In this document: positions 21,579 to 32,699 of the stretch, piece after piece
How positions within the stretch are numbered: position 1 is the stretch's first letter
How the letters are laid out: every line of letters begins with the position of its first letter
Origin: Octopus sinensis
Taxonomy: Eukaryota
Length of the DNA stretch: 35,406 nucleotides
Direction: 5' to 3'
Assembly: GCF_006345805.1 (NCBI RefSeq)
Contig: NW_021828065.1
Coordinates: 1-35,406 of the forward strand
Position numbers and translations under genes: made by a program
Notes under the pieces: generated by a model
Told to the model about the DNA's origin: nothing
The model's database searches: none
What the model saw: the letters and a program-made list of their open reading frames with translations, nothing else

Positions 21579-23440
21579 TTAGGAAGATGGATACGTTAGG
21601 AGTTCAGAACTTACCCGAAAAACTTGCACAAACCTTGCTGGCCATCGAACTGTTCTTCCTGATTTGGTGTGTCGGGGTTGTGCAGAATCTGTGGTGTTCG
21701 CTGGAGTTGCCGAGTCTGTTTGAGGAAAAGAGGGGACTGAATGTAAGTCCTCCTCGATGAAAGCTTTTTTTAAACGATCAATCGAGACCGTATTTCGTTT
21801 ACCTCCAATATCGAGGACGAAATATTTGGGTTCTCTTTTGATGACCTTGTAGGAGGATGACCCCAAGGAGGATGAGAGGGAGATGTTCCAACCAGTGAGA
21901 ACTGTCTGGAGCAGCTTTTATAGATGCCTTGAGTTGGCGGTGAAAGCGTTCCACCATGCCATTTGCTGCAGGGTGGTAAGCTGTAGTGCGGGTGTGTTTA
22001 CACCCGAGGAGACGAGTCAGCTCGGTGAAAAGGTGGGAATCGAACTGACGTCCTCTGTCGGTGGTAATTGTTGCGGGTGTGCCAAAACGCGAAACCCATT
22101 GTGATATCAGCGTTTTAGCGACCGTTTCTGCTGATATATCAGATAGGGGCCAGGCTTCGGGCCATCGCGAGAACCTATCTACGCAAGTTAGCAAATATGA
22201 ATAGTTCTGCGAAGGTGGCAGGGGTCCAACAATATCAATGTGAACGTGCTGAAATCGTGCATCGGGCTGCGAAAATGAACCGATTGGTGATTTTATGTGC
22301 CGGTGGATTTTCGCTTTTTGGCACGCAACACAGCACTTGGTCCATTCTCTGATATCCTTGTTGATACTGGTCCACACAAAACGGGTCGATATTAGCTTTT
22401 GAGTGGAGCGAATACCAGGATGTGACAGAGAATGTAGAGCGGAGAAAACTTCTCGACGATATTTCTGTGGTACATAAGGGCGTTGGTAACCAGTGGAAAT
22501 ATCATACCAAATATGGGCTGTGGATGATGGTAGCGGAACATGCTGAAATTTCAGAGATGACGAATTCCGGAGCTTTAGAAGTTCTTCGTCATTCTCCTGG
22601 TCAGCTGCTATACGTGCCAGATCAATTGTAGACGTGGTGTGGATAGCATTGATCTGCGCACGTGAAAGTGCATCGGCTGCCACGTTGGTCGTCCCTTTGA
22701 TGTGGCGTATATCCGTCGTGTACTGCGATATGAAGTCGAGGTGGCGTATTTCTCTTGGCGAATGGCGATCCGGTTTGGTGTTAAATGCGTATACTAATGG
22801 CTTGTGGTCGGTGTATATGGCAAAATTGGTACCTTCTAGCATATGACGGAAATGCTTAACGGCCAGGTATGCCGCCAATAATTCCCGACTGAATGTGCTG
22901 TATTTGGTTTCCGCGGGTTTTAACCGCTTAGAAAAGAAAGACAACGGTTGCCATATACCGTCAACAAGCTGTTGTAGCACACCTCCGATTCCGGAATCGG
23001 ATGCATCAACGAGTAAACATCGTGGGGCGTCTGGTTTTGGATAAACCAACATGGTAGCGCTAGATAACGCTTTTTTCAGGGCAGCGAAAGAAACGAGTTG
23101 ATCTTCGGTCAGAGCTATATCTGCATTTTTGCAGGTTCGCTGACGTAGCAAATCCGTGAGCGGTTGCGCTATTTCAGCGAGGTGGGGCACGAACCGTCGA
23201 TAGAAATTCGCTAGACCGAGATATTCCCTTAATTTGCGGAGAGATGTGGGTGGTGGAAAATCCACGATGGCCTTGACTTTCTCGGGAAGGGGACGAATTC
23301 CATTTTTATCGACTATATGGCCGAGAAAATGAAGGGAAGCAACTCCGAACAAACATTTGGTAGGGTTGATAACAATTCCAAATTGACGTAGTCGTCCGAA
23401 AAGCAGGTGAAGGTGTTGATTATGCTCTTCGTCCGAGAAG
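21579..23440 (-). pseudogene. pol: Gypsy pol remnant: RT C-terminus, RNase H, integrase (HHCC zinc finger and DDE core), GPY/F tail
   Basis: 517-aa ORF with [79 protein letters not shown] and [10 protein letters not shown] second frame gives YKVIKR..VSIDRLKKAF..TKSGRTVRWP. Confidence 0.95.
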
Positions 23441-23496
23441 ATTTCTTGGGTCTGATTTCGAATCCAAGCTTTGAGAAGGAAGTGCTAATTCTTACA

Positions 23497-23965
23497 ATAT
23501 CAAAAAATACGTCAGTTGTTCGGTGACGGTTCTCCAAGATCAGTTCAGGAATTTTCATGATATTTTTTATTCATTCGTTCGGGTCGACGGTAGTCCTGAA
23601 TGAGGTTGGTCTTCAAGCAACAAGTAACCATCCCTAAAGCGTGGAAACCACTCGTAAACCTGTGTTTTGCTCATGGCAACGTCCTTGTAAGCTGTTTGAA
23701 GCATGACAACTGTTTCAGCCACCGTTTTCCCAGCAGAAAACAATTTCACGGAAGCACACTGTTCTTTTTTTTTTCAGCCACAGCGAAAATCGACGAACAG
23801 GGAGAAGCATTGCAAAGTAAAGACGTAGCAAGTGGCAGTATGAGCCCAGAGGATAATGCCGGCAGGCAGGCTGATGCCTGAGGGTTGCATCAAGTGGCGG
23901 AAACCCCAACTACAAAGGGCTGATCCCACAGAGAAGGTTTCCGATTACTTTTGGGTCCACCTTTG
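23497..23965 (-). mobile_element. mariner deletion derivative, 5' half with TIR
   Basis: GKTVAETVVMLQTAYKDVAMSKTQVYEWFPRFRDG..LEDQPHSGLPST (mariner HTH) and KIPELILENRHRTTDVFFD, which continues as MTGVSW across the Gypsy insertion. Terminal TA at 23966-23967. Confidence 0.88.
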
Positions 23966-25479
23966 TACACACACACACACACACAAGAAAAATATGCTAC
24001 ATGTCTTTGTATATATATTTTTGATTGTGAGTAACACTTTAGCGTTTGAAGCAATCTCGATAAACCTTCAAATAAGGTCTCCGCTTAATTGCTGGAGTTT
24101 TTCTGTTGATCTTTTTGTATTCGGGAGTCCATTGTGCTATCTTCATTGTCTCAAAATGTTAATAAATTCAGAATAATGCATCCGGTACTGCGACTGACAG
24201 AAGAAATTTCAATGCTACTTTAGCGTGCCGCCTACCGCAGGGTCTGTTGTCTACGCTATGAAATCCCCTGATCTGGTTCGGGGTTAGGGTTTGCAGCACA
24301 CTGAAATTACAGAACGAAAATTCGGAATGCAAAGGTGTGTCCGTGCTTCCTCGTGTCTCCATGAGTTCTTCATGAACATCTGCAGTGAATCATACCTGTA
24401 TAGTATTTTGGGAGTGATAAATATAATTTTCTTATTTTCCTGTTATTTTCACATTCTTATTTACTTTCTCATCCTTTTATTATCAGCTTTCATCGGGTAA
24501 CTTTTCAAGTCAATAATAACTTCGTTATTATTGCCATCTCGGGCACTCTATATCGGTCAGTTGTTCATAAGTTCGAAAATAAACACACTAAGTAAAATTA
24601 GGGAGCTGTTATATTTTATGGGATCGTTGGTTAAGGACGGTCAGAAAGTTACCGTTGAAATTGTTCTAGCAATATGGGAGAGTCACCAGACCTGGTAACC
24701 GGAGGATAAGAAGAAGAACATTTAAATATTGCTGCTTAAGTTAGAATTTTAAAACTAAAATAACAAATCCCTTTCTTATTTTTTAATTTTTAATTTTTAC
24801 TTAAAAGTTTGAACTAAAATACTCAAAGCGCTATTTATTTCCCATTTTAATGAAAAGACTAGTCTGTCAGTTTGCACATAAATTTGATATTGTAATTAAA
24901 AAACCCCACAAAATAGTAATTGAGCAAAATTGATAATAACGACCCATAATTTTTTTTTTACAAAAAAAAAAAAAAGGCTATAGGGTCATTTCTAAATTTT
25001 GCACTCAATTTGTTCATCAGCTTTCATTTGTTTAAATATTTTTTTAAAACTGTAAATAGAAAATGCTTTGCTATCTAGTGCTGCAAGCTTTAAAGAAATC
25101 AATTCTTTTGTTCATTTCGAAATTTTATTTTACTATTTTTTACTTTTTTTTAATTATATATAATTTTTTTCAGATTCAATTTTTGTCTTAGTCTCTCATT
25201 TTTGACCTCACGTATTTTGAGCTAGCTTAATGAACTAAATTTCAATCACTTGATCTAAAAATGTGGCTTATTTGCTAAAAGCATCATTGCTAAAAACAAT
25301 GCATTCAATTTGGTTGGGGATTGAATTAATAATGAAGACTAGGAGTGCACGCGAGTAACTGAAAGTTGACCGTAAGAATATATTGAGCCACTGTCGTAGG
25401 TGAATGATACACACACAATTTTAAAGATCTATTTACAAAAGCAAATAGTTCGATAAATCTGTGGAAATTATTACAAAAT

Positions 25480-25760
25480 GAGAAGATACTGAAGGTTTTT
25501 TTCCTTCATTTAATACATCTCTATTCGGGCAGCATTAGTTGCACGAAGCACATCGAGACGGTAATCAATTTCTTGCCAGGTTTGCTGTAGCATGGCCCCA
25601 TAAATTGTAGCAATGGCATCAGTGATCCTTCGCTTCATGTCATTGACGTCCCGTATCTTTGTTCGAGACATGTTTTTAGCATAACCCCAAAGAAAGAAGT
25701 TCAGAGGAGTGACATCCGGGCAACGAAGTAGCCAGGGAACTGGTTTCTTAAGCCACAAAC
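25480..25760 (-). mobile_element. Tc1/mariner (rosa/maT-like) transposase C-terminal fragment
   Basis: WLLRCPDVTPLNFFLWGYAK...DMKRRITDAIATI...LQQTWQEIDYRLDVLRATNAARIE corresponds to the WPPRSPDLTPLDFFLWG motif. Confidence 0.8.
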
Positions 25761-25899
25761 GACTCGCCCTATCGTTACATATACATAAATCAGTATAAGG
25801 TGTTGGTTAAATCGTTTTTATTCAAGCAACATTAGTGTAAGATCACTCAACGAAGTATACCTTAAAGCCAGTGTACTACGGAGTGTTGGTACAATAATG

Positions 25900-28085
25900 A
25901 ATCACAACCGAAAACGAGAACTGAAGCCGATCATTGCTGAATTTTCAATCGGATTTATCTAATGCTAAACAGAAGAGAATTGCAAACGAACAAGTTTCGC
26001 AGCGCAACGAAGGTAGTATTAGTTTTGCAAAGTCTTTGGATGATCTAGGACCGGTCGACTGCCAACCAGTGCAGCCAGTTCTAGCAAAGTTTGATCCAAA
26101 GATTTATAGAAATCAGAAACGTGACTTCTCGTCAAACTGAGATACAGGTCGTCCATGGTCAGTGTATTCCTCTTTCAGGGGAAGCAATGTTGTTTCCCTT
26201 GTCTGTACTTTAACACTTCTGCTCAAGTGGATTCTTGCTTTATTAAAGATGGATATTCCAACTGGCATCACGCAAAAGAAAAAACAAAACAAAACAAAAA
26301 CAAGGTTAGCTCTGCAGTCCATATCCAAGCAATGGCAACATGGAGGGAAGGCCAACAGCGTTTATCCTTAATATCCGTGTCTTCAATTTTGCAAAATGGC
26401 CAATTAAGCAAAAACCGTTACTATATCAATTCACTTGATCTTGTGCATTTTACTTTGCGCAAACGAATTGCCTTTTCGGGGAAACGAAAATGAAGTTTTC
26501 GAGGATCTTTATTCGGAAGGTGAGACGCAGCCCTGCGGTCGTTTTATGAAATGATTCCAATACACATTAGAGAAAGACTCAAAGCTAATGGAATGTTCCA
26601 GCACAAATCCCCGAAATGCGACCTCGGCAGCAATACAAAACGAAATCATGGAATTTTTGAGGAGATATCTTGTTGTCGAGAAATAAAATGTTCCGCTGTT
26701 CTTTACTTTACGCTGAAATGTGACAGAACGCATGACTTGAGTAATACTGAAAATATTGCAATTGTTATTAGGGACTTGAAAAACGGCAGGGTTCTGGAAA
26801 ACGTAGCTGCGATGCCAACTCCTCAACCATATGATGCTGAAACTGGGTCGACTTGTTAATTAAGGAACTAACCAACCTCGGCATTGACCCAAAGCGTATG
26901 TTGTCACAATGCTACGATGGTGCTTCTGTGATGTCTGGCAAAATAGGTGGCGTTCAAAGAAAGATTGAGAATCGACTTGAAAAACATACACCCTATGTTC
27001 ATCGTCTTAGTCATCAGTTGCATCATGTGGTTAACACAATGAAGCGGGTTCCGGAGTTAGCCATATTCTTCATAATTTTATTAAATGGCCAAGGATAGCT
27101 AATCTCTGCAAAGGACTAAAATTGTCACGTCTTATGGAGCATCTCAGTGCCATTGCTTCTGTAAAAGAAAATCGGTCCGAGATTGTTGGTTTGCTAACCG
27201 AGTGCACAGATTCGTCAAATTCAAAAACGTGGATTGAAACAACTGGAATTCTACATGAAATTCATTCCAAAAGGTTTGTTTTTTTAGCCCTTGTTCTTAG
27301 AAAAATTTTGCATATAGTTAGGCCAGTAGACAAACAGCTTCAGAGTCAACAATTGTGATATACACCATGGCCTTGAGCTTCTTAAGATTATCAAGAGTGA
27401 AATAACCAAACTAAGAGACTCTTCAATATTTGATGAGATTCTGAAACAAATTAGTCAATTAAATGTTATTGAGGAACGCATAGATCGAAAAGCTTGCGGG
27501 TCCCAACAATTTTCAGATTATGTTGTTGAAGCCCTGGTACCATCACAAGATGACTGGATAATCTTTCACCGCAAAATTTATTTCGCTATCATCGATGAAA
27601 GCTTGGGAGAGCTAGATATAGATTTTCAGAGCAAAATGACAGCAAAGATTCTTCCTTGGCAAGTCTACCACCAATCTCTGAGACATTTTTGGATTTTGAT
27701 ACTTTAAAACCTTTGAGCAATTTAATTAATTGCGATAAATCGGCCTTGCTGTCTGAACTTGTGGCTAAAGCAAACATTTCCAAACAAAATATGATGATAC
27801 TGCTGGATATTTTTGGATCTTTACGTATCATACCGGATGCCTTTCCAAATGTTTATCTATTGTATGGTGCAGCATTAACACCTGGGCCTAGCACAGTCAC
27901 ATGCGAGCCATCGTTTTCGATGCCAACTCGAATTGACTCCTTTTCGACGAAATATGGAGAAACGGCGAAAATCAAATCTCGTGATCCTTGCTTCTCTTAG
28001 TAAATACAAATCAATTATAGACGAGGACGATCTCCTGAATTTTCTTTTGCATTGCGTTGCTGTAGATTGCAGTTGTATCAAATAA
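25900..28085 (+). pseudogene. hAT-superfamily (ZMYM1/DUF4371-like) transposase pseudogene
   Basis: Fragments in order: CFPCLYF..FIKDGYSNWHHA..H..AMATW (TTF-like zinc finger), YFTLKCDRTHDLSNTENIAIVIR, SQCYDGASVMSGKIGGVQRKI..PYVHRLSHQLH, and FPNVYLLY..ALTPGPSTVTCEPSFS (dimerisation domain). Many stops and frameshifts; TIRs not identified. Confidence 0.88.
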
Positions 28086-28113
28086 AACGTAACTTGATTT
28101 TCTCATTTTCTGT

Positions 28114-28188
28114 TTACTCTTTTACTTGTTTCAGTCATTTGACTGCGGCCTTGCAAGCTACTTACCACACAGCCACTCCTGCGCCTAT
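28114..28188 (-). mobile_element. SINE family A reduced to fused head and tail (~75 bp)
   Basis: ttactcttttacttgtttcagtcatttgactgcggcc joined to gcaagctacttaccacacagccactcctgcgcctat. Confidence 0.8.
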
Positions 28189-28379
28189 CGTTGTGAATTT
28201 TCTAGAAAAATGTTATCAAATTTTATAAACAGTAAGGTTTTTAGAGTTCTGTTCAGCATCTCCAGGTATCAAGACAGCCACCCCCGCCCAAGCTGCAATC
28301 GGCTGGCTACGTGTCTGTGCATTGGGTATGAGAGTATTCTGAAAATACCTCACGAAGTGACAACCGTACCCTTCATCGT

Positions 28380-28679
28380 TACGAGTTGCCCTTTGGCAAG
28401 GTATAACACCTGTTCACCCACTCAGCCAAGAGACTGCAACATGGCGCATTGTGAAGAGGCAGTGGGAGAAATCAACTGAGCCAAAGGTGCTTCTTACATT
28501 GGTTCTGAGCAGAGGAATCCTACAAGATAAACGGTGAGGATCATCAAACTCTATCTCTTGACAGCATCGTTGGCTCAGTTGATTTCTCCCAATGCCTCTT
28601 CACAATCCGCCATATTGCAGTCTTCTGACTTGGCTGAGTGGTTGGACAGGTGCTATACCTTGCCAAAAGGCAACCCGTA
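28380..28679. repeat. Inverted repeat, ~115-bp arms (28380-28491 and 28563-28679), ~70-bp spacer
   Basis: ttggcaaggtataacacctg..actcagccaag..tgtgaagaggcagtgggagaaatcaactgagccaa is the near reverse complement of ttggctcagttgatttctcccaatgcctcttcacaat..cttggctgagtgg..caggtgctataccttgccaa. Confidence 0.9.
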
Positions 28680-28994
28680 TCTTGAATAGTAGGGGTGGTA
28701 TCCATGGTTGTGGAATCAGCTAACGAAATGTTCACTATAACGCAAGTTCCCAATTCCAATTCATAATAATGGAATTGGATGGCGACATGAAAAAGGAAAA
28801 GAAAAAAGTTGTAAGTCACCATTTGCAGGGAAGAGATTCCGAAGGGCTAAATGTTTGAATAAGTGGCATAAAACTGGCACGTGACTTGAAGGGCCGAGCC
28901 ATAGGGTCCAGGTAGATGGGACACATTGTGTAGTGTGCGATGAAGCAGTAGTCAGGTGACCCTATATGTGCAGAGGCAATAACAATTTGGTGGG

Positions 28995-29335
28995 AGTTTT
29001 AAAGGGAGAAAAGATCAAGAATTTTTAGAGGGCTCCAGCGACGAACGCCAAAGACACGAGGGCCGGAAATGAGCTCCTTATCTATTTTGGCAGTTATGAG
29101 CCACGTCTTCAGCTGACCACCCTTCTGCTTACGCCAACCCCTAGGGGTGGATCTGGTGCTATTGCCTTCCGGACGAGTGACCAAACCACTCTAGTCTTCT
29201 CGTCGGAAGAGTTCCCTCAAGAGGTGAGACCGCACCGAGCATAAAGTTGTCGGGAGATCCGCCTCGCGACGAAATGCCGTATTTACCGGGAGCTTGTCCG
29301 AACGATTTTTCTCTGTGGCTGTGAGACCCGGCTTA
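28995..29335. mobile_element. RTE-clade LINE fragments in opposite orientations
   Basis: Minus strand ~28995-29215: RRLEWFGH..RPEG..PRGWRKQKGGQLKTWL..ELISGPRVFGVRRW. Plus strand ~29245-29335: EIRLATKCRIYRELVRTIFLCGCET. Confidence 0.75.
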
Positions 29336-29339
29336 AATA

Positions 29340-29650
29340 ATCGTTACCAATAGCATCCGTTGGAGATGTGAACGAGAGTGATGAAGAGTTGGGTCGAAGC
29401 CACTGATGACAATTTCGGAGACACCAGAGGTGAGATATGTTAATGCATGAAAAGATATCGTATAGTTAGAGTTATTGGTGGGACGAGCAGTTGAGAGGGA
29501 AACGGAGGGAGAGAGACTCTGAACCAGAGCCACTCTAGGTTATTGCAACTGAGATCTAGTCAGGAGAGAGGAAGGCAAGGCTAAGGGGAGTTTAGGTATT
29601 TGCAGATATTACCTTCCGAAGTGAAGCAGAGAGTATCTTGAATCGTAGAG
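29340..29650 (-). mobile_element. Possible highly decayed LINE AP-endonuclease fragment
   Basis: Minus-strand LEWLWFRVSLP...RPTNNSNY...SEIVISGF(D) loosely matches the APE 'YRPP...GDFN' region. Confidence 0.3.
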
Positions 29651-30652
29651 ATAAGATGAAGTTAAGGGTCGTGAAGTTTATGTCTCAAAGAGAAATAGGT
29701 TATGGTGTGTGAGTGTGTGTGTGTAAAAAGGTGATGTGCCACATTTGGTTGGCAAAAATCCTTGGCTGTATGAGAAGAGAGAACTGACCAAGTGGTTTTC
29801 ATCGATATTTTGTCATGGTGTAGAAGTGTAGAAGTTTATGATGCCTGGATAGGCCATGAACCCAGCAAACCAGAAGTCTGATCTGAAAGTTTGCCAGTGA
29901 ACCCCACTTAAAGGCACCCAAAGGAGATGTGGTGTTAAACCAGATGGCATGGAATCTCAACCAGATTGACTATTATGATTAGTTAGCCAAAAGAATGTCG
30001 AGGGTGGAACTAGAGTGGTGCTCGGACATGAGACAGACAATCAGCCAGATAAACAGACAGACGGACTGACAGCAAAATAGACAACCAAAACGATAGCTAG
30101 ACAGACATGAAGAAGATAGAGAAGCAGAAAAAAGGTATTTGGTGCTAGAACGAAGAGCATCCAATGCACAAGTTGTAGAATCGATATATACGGATGCAGC
30201 AGAGGATTCATTGTCACGAAAGTTTCTAACTCCCTGTCATCGTTCAAAGTAATAAAAAGATGAGGTGAACTTGGTGGTGAGCTAATAAGAAACATCAGCT
30301 AGATATTCAAAGGTCAACAGGGATTGGGTAAAGGCTTGCAGTCATGTGACCTATTACAATGAAGGCTATCTTGTCTCAATCTTGAATGACAAATGTGGAT
30401 TTCACTTTATGGCAGGAAAACAAAAAGCGACCTAATTCTTATTCAACAATCTGTTTGACTGCATCACAAAAAGTAATTTTCAGATATACATAAAATGCAT
30501 ATTTCTTATTCCACTGATGAACCAGGCATTTCTATACGTAGTGTTCATGGCCGGAGGAACTGAGACGACCCCAGTTGTCTCGACGCGAGACATTGTCTGT
30601 TTTTATTCATCCAATCTCATGATGCTTTCCTACTCGCACAGCTTTTATCTTT

Positions 30653-31182
30653 TAGCCTTTGCCTCCTCATCCAATCGGGTGACACTTTGACAATCAGGTG
30701 ACTAGCTTTTGCCTCCTCATCCAATCGGGTGACACTTTGTCGCCTCCTCATCCAATCGGGTGACACTTTGACAATCAGGTGACTAGCTTTTGCCTCCTCA
30801 TCCAATCGGGTGACACTTTGACTATCAGGTGACTAGCTTTCGCCTCCTCATCCAATCGGGTGACACTTTGACTATCAGGTGACTAGCTTTCGCCTCCTCA
30901 TCCAATCGGGTGACACTTTGACTGTCAGGTGACTAGCTTTCGCCTCCTCATCCAATCGGGTGACACTTTGACAATCAGGTGACTAGCTTTTGCCTCCTCA
31001 TCCAATCGGGTGACACTTTGACTATCAGGTGACAGGCTTTCGTCTCCTCATCCAATCGGGTGACACTGACTATCAGGTGACTAGCTTTCGTCTCCTCATC
31101 CAATCGGGTGACACTTTGACTATCAGGTGACTAGCTTTCGCCTCCTCATCCAATCGGGTGACACTTTGACTATCAGGTGACA
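30653..31182. repeat. Tandem minisatellite, 50-bp unit, 11 copies of the core
   Basis: Unit gactagctttYgcctcctcatccaatcgggtgacactttgacWatcaggt, nearly identical between copies. There is one ~20-bp deletion (~30740) and one 2-bp deletion (~31067). Confidence 0.97.
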
Positions 31183-31467
31183 TTTTTTATGGAGTTATTC
31201 TTTTTCACATCAAGGACGCTTCTTTCTAGTACAGTTCTGTTCAGTTTCATTGTGGACAACTGGAATAAGTTGACCCTTTTACACTTTGCTTTGAAATTAT
31301 TGCAACATCTTTTGTTCATTAATAAAATCATTATCTGAGCACAAAATCGTTATTTGCTTCTACGTTTGTAGCAGTAACACTTTCAATTTCTTACGTTTAT
31401 GGATTTGTTTGGCAAGATTCTTGATGTGGAATCATGTCTTGAAACAGATATTGTTAAACTTGGGGGA

Positions 31468-31871
31468 TACTCTTACTCTTTTACTTGTTTCAGTCATTTG
31501 ACTGCGGCCATGCTGGAGCACCGCCTTTAGTCGAGCAGCTCGACCCCGGGACTTATTCTTTTGTAAGCCCAGTACTTATTCTATCGATCTCTTTTGCCGA
31601 ACCGCTAAGTAACGGGGACATAAACACACCAGCATCAGTTGTCAAGCAATGCTAGGGGGACAAACACAGATACACAAACACACACATGCATATTATATAT
31701 ATACATATGACGGGCTTCTTTCAGTTTCCGTCTACTAAATCCATTCACAAGGTATTGGTCGGCTCGAGGCTATAGCAGAAGACACTTGCCCAAGATGCCA
31801 CGCAGTGGGACTGAACCCGGAACCATGTGGTTGGTAAGCAAGCTACTTATCACACAGCCACTCCTGCGCCT
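31468..31871 (-). mobile_element. SINE family A full-length copy
   Basis: Reverse complement of the 19627-20033 copy, with A/B-box-like head at the right end. Confidence 0.92.
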
Positions 31872-32699
31872 GGCCATATGTTTTGCCAATTAAACACGCA
31901 CACTATATATTTGGTCTTCCCTTCAGTTTTATTGTTATTTTAGTGTCTTTGTGTAAGCTCTCTTGGCACCTCTTCAGTGGTAAAGACCAAACAAATAATG
32001 GCAAAATATATATTACAACTACAACAATATTTTCCATTTCATTTTCTTTTGCATTCCTGACATTTTGTGGAACTTTTAACCTAAATTAATCTACAAACTG
32101 ATTGTATCTGATGAAGATATTTCCCATAATCCCATAGCATTCTTCTCCTGCTCTATATCCGACCACCTTAAAGAGATGAGATCTTTAAAGTGGACACGTG
32201 TGTGTGATTCTGAAGTTGCAGACTTCAACTATGATATGAGAGCTGAGAAGCAATGCTATCTGAGCCATTACACTTGACCTGGAAGTTGTTCTGGTTATAA
32301 AGCTTGTGATATGTCTACGACTGAGAACCGTTTGCTGAACAGGAATGAGATATTCCTTGCTACATTTTGAGGATTAGGTTTAGAACACTCAGGTTAGGTC
32401 TCTGCTATGAAGGTATCATCATTCCGTCCTTCTGCTGGGCCTGGAAACCTTGAGATATGCTAGGCTCTCTACCCGCCCTCTTCTGACAAAGTTCTTGAAA
32501 AAAAAAGAAACAAGAAATTTTAAAGTCTTTGCAGATGTAGTAACTGCTGTCTCTATCAATCAATGCAAACAATTCAATAACAATAATAATAATAATAATA
32601 ATAATAACAAAAGCATTTCTTTTGGTGTCTAAATCTTTTATAAAGTTTTAAAAGGAAAAAGATGAAGAAAATAAAAAGATAAACCAGGAATAACAACAG

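Larger units (their letters stand above)
20479..23496 (-). mobile_element. Ty3/Gypsy LTR retrotransposon, internally deleted, inserted in mariner with 4-bp TSD ATAT
   Basis: TG...CA termini flanked by atat (20475-20478 and 23497-23500). It has a complete LTR at 20479-21063, a ~55-bp LTR remnant at 23442-23496, and a pol ORF. Confidence 0.92.

Noticed and set aside
24000-24400. Possible host exon on the minus strand (acceptor-like tatacag at ~24397)
   Set aside because: All frames close quickly and no protein motif is recognisable.
25900-28085. Functional host ZMYM1-like gene
   Set aside because: Numerous stops and frameshifts and no intron structure indicate a decayed transposase.
29880-30350. 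Decayed LINE 3' end
   Set aside because: Only a vague resemblance, with no motif strong enough to call.
30653-31182. CRISPR array
   Set aside because: The units are contiguous near-identical repeats with no unique spacers, there are no cas genes, and the context is eukaryotic.
32100-32500. Unique, higher-complexity stretch as a coding exon
   Set aside because: No long open frame or recognisable motif. It could be a non-coding exon, but the sequence alone does not support that.
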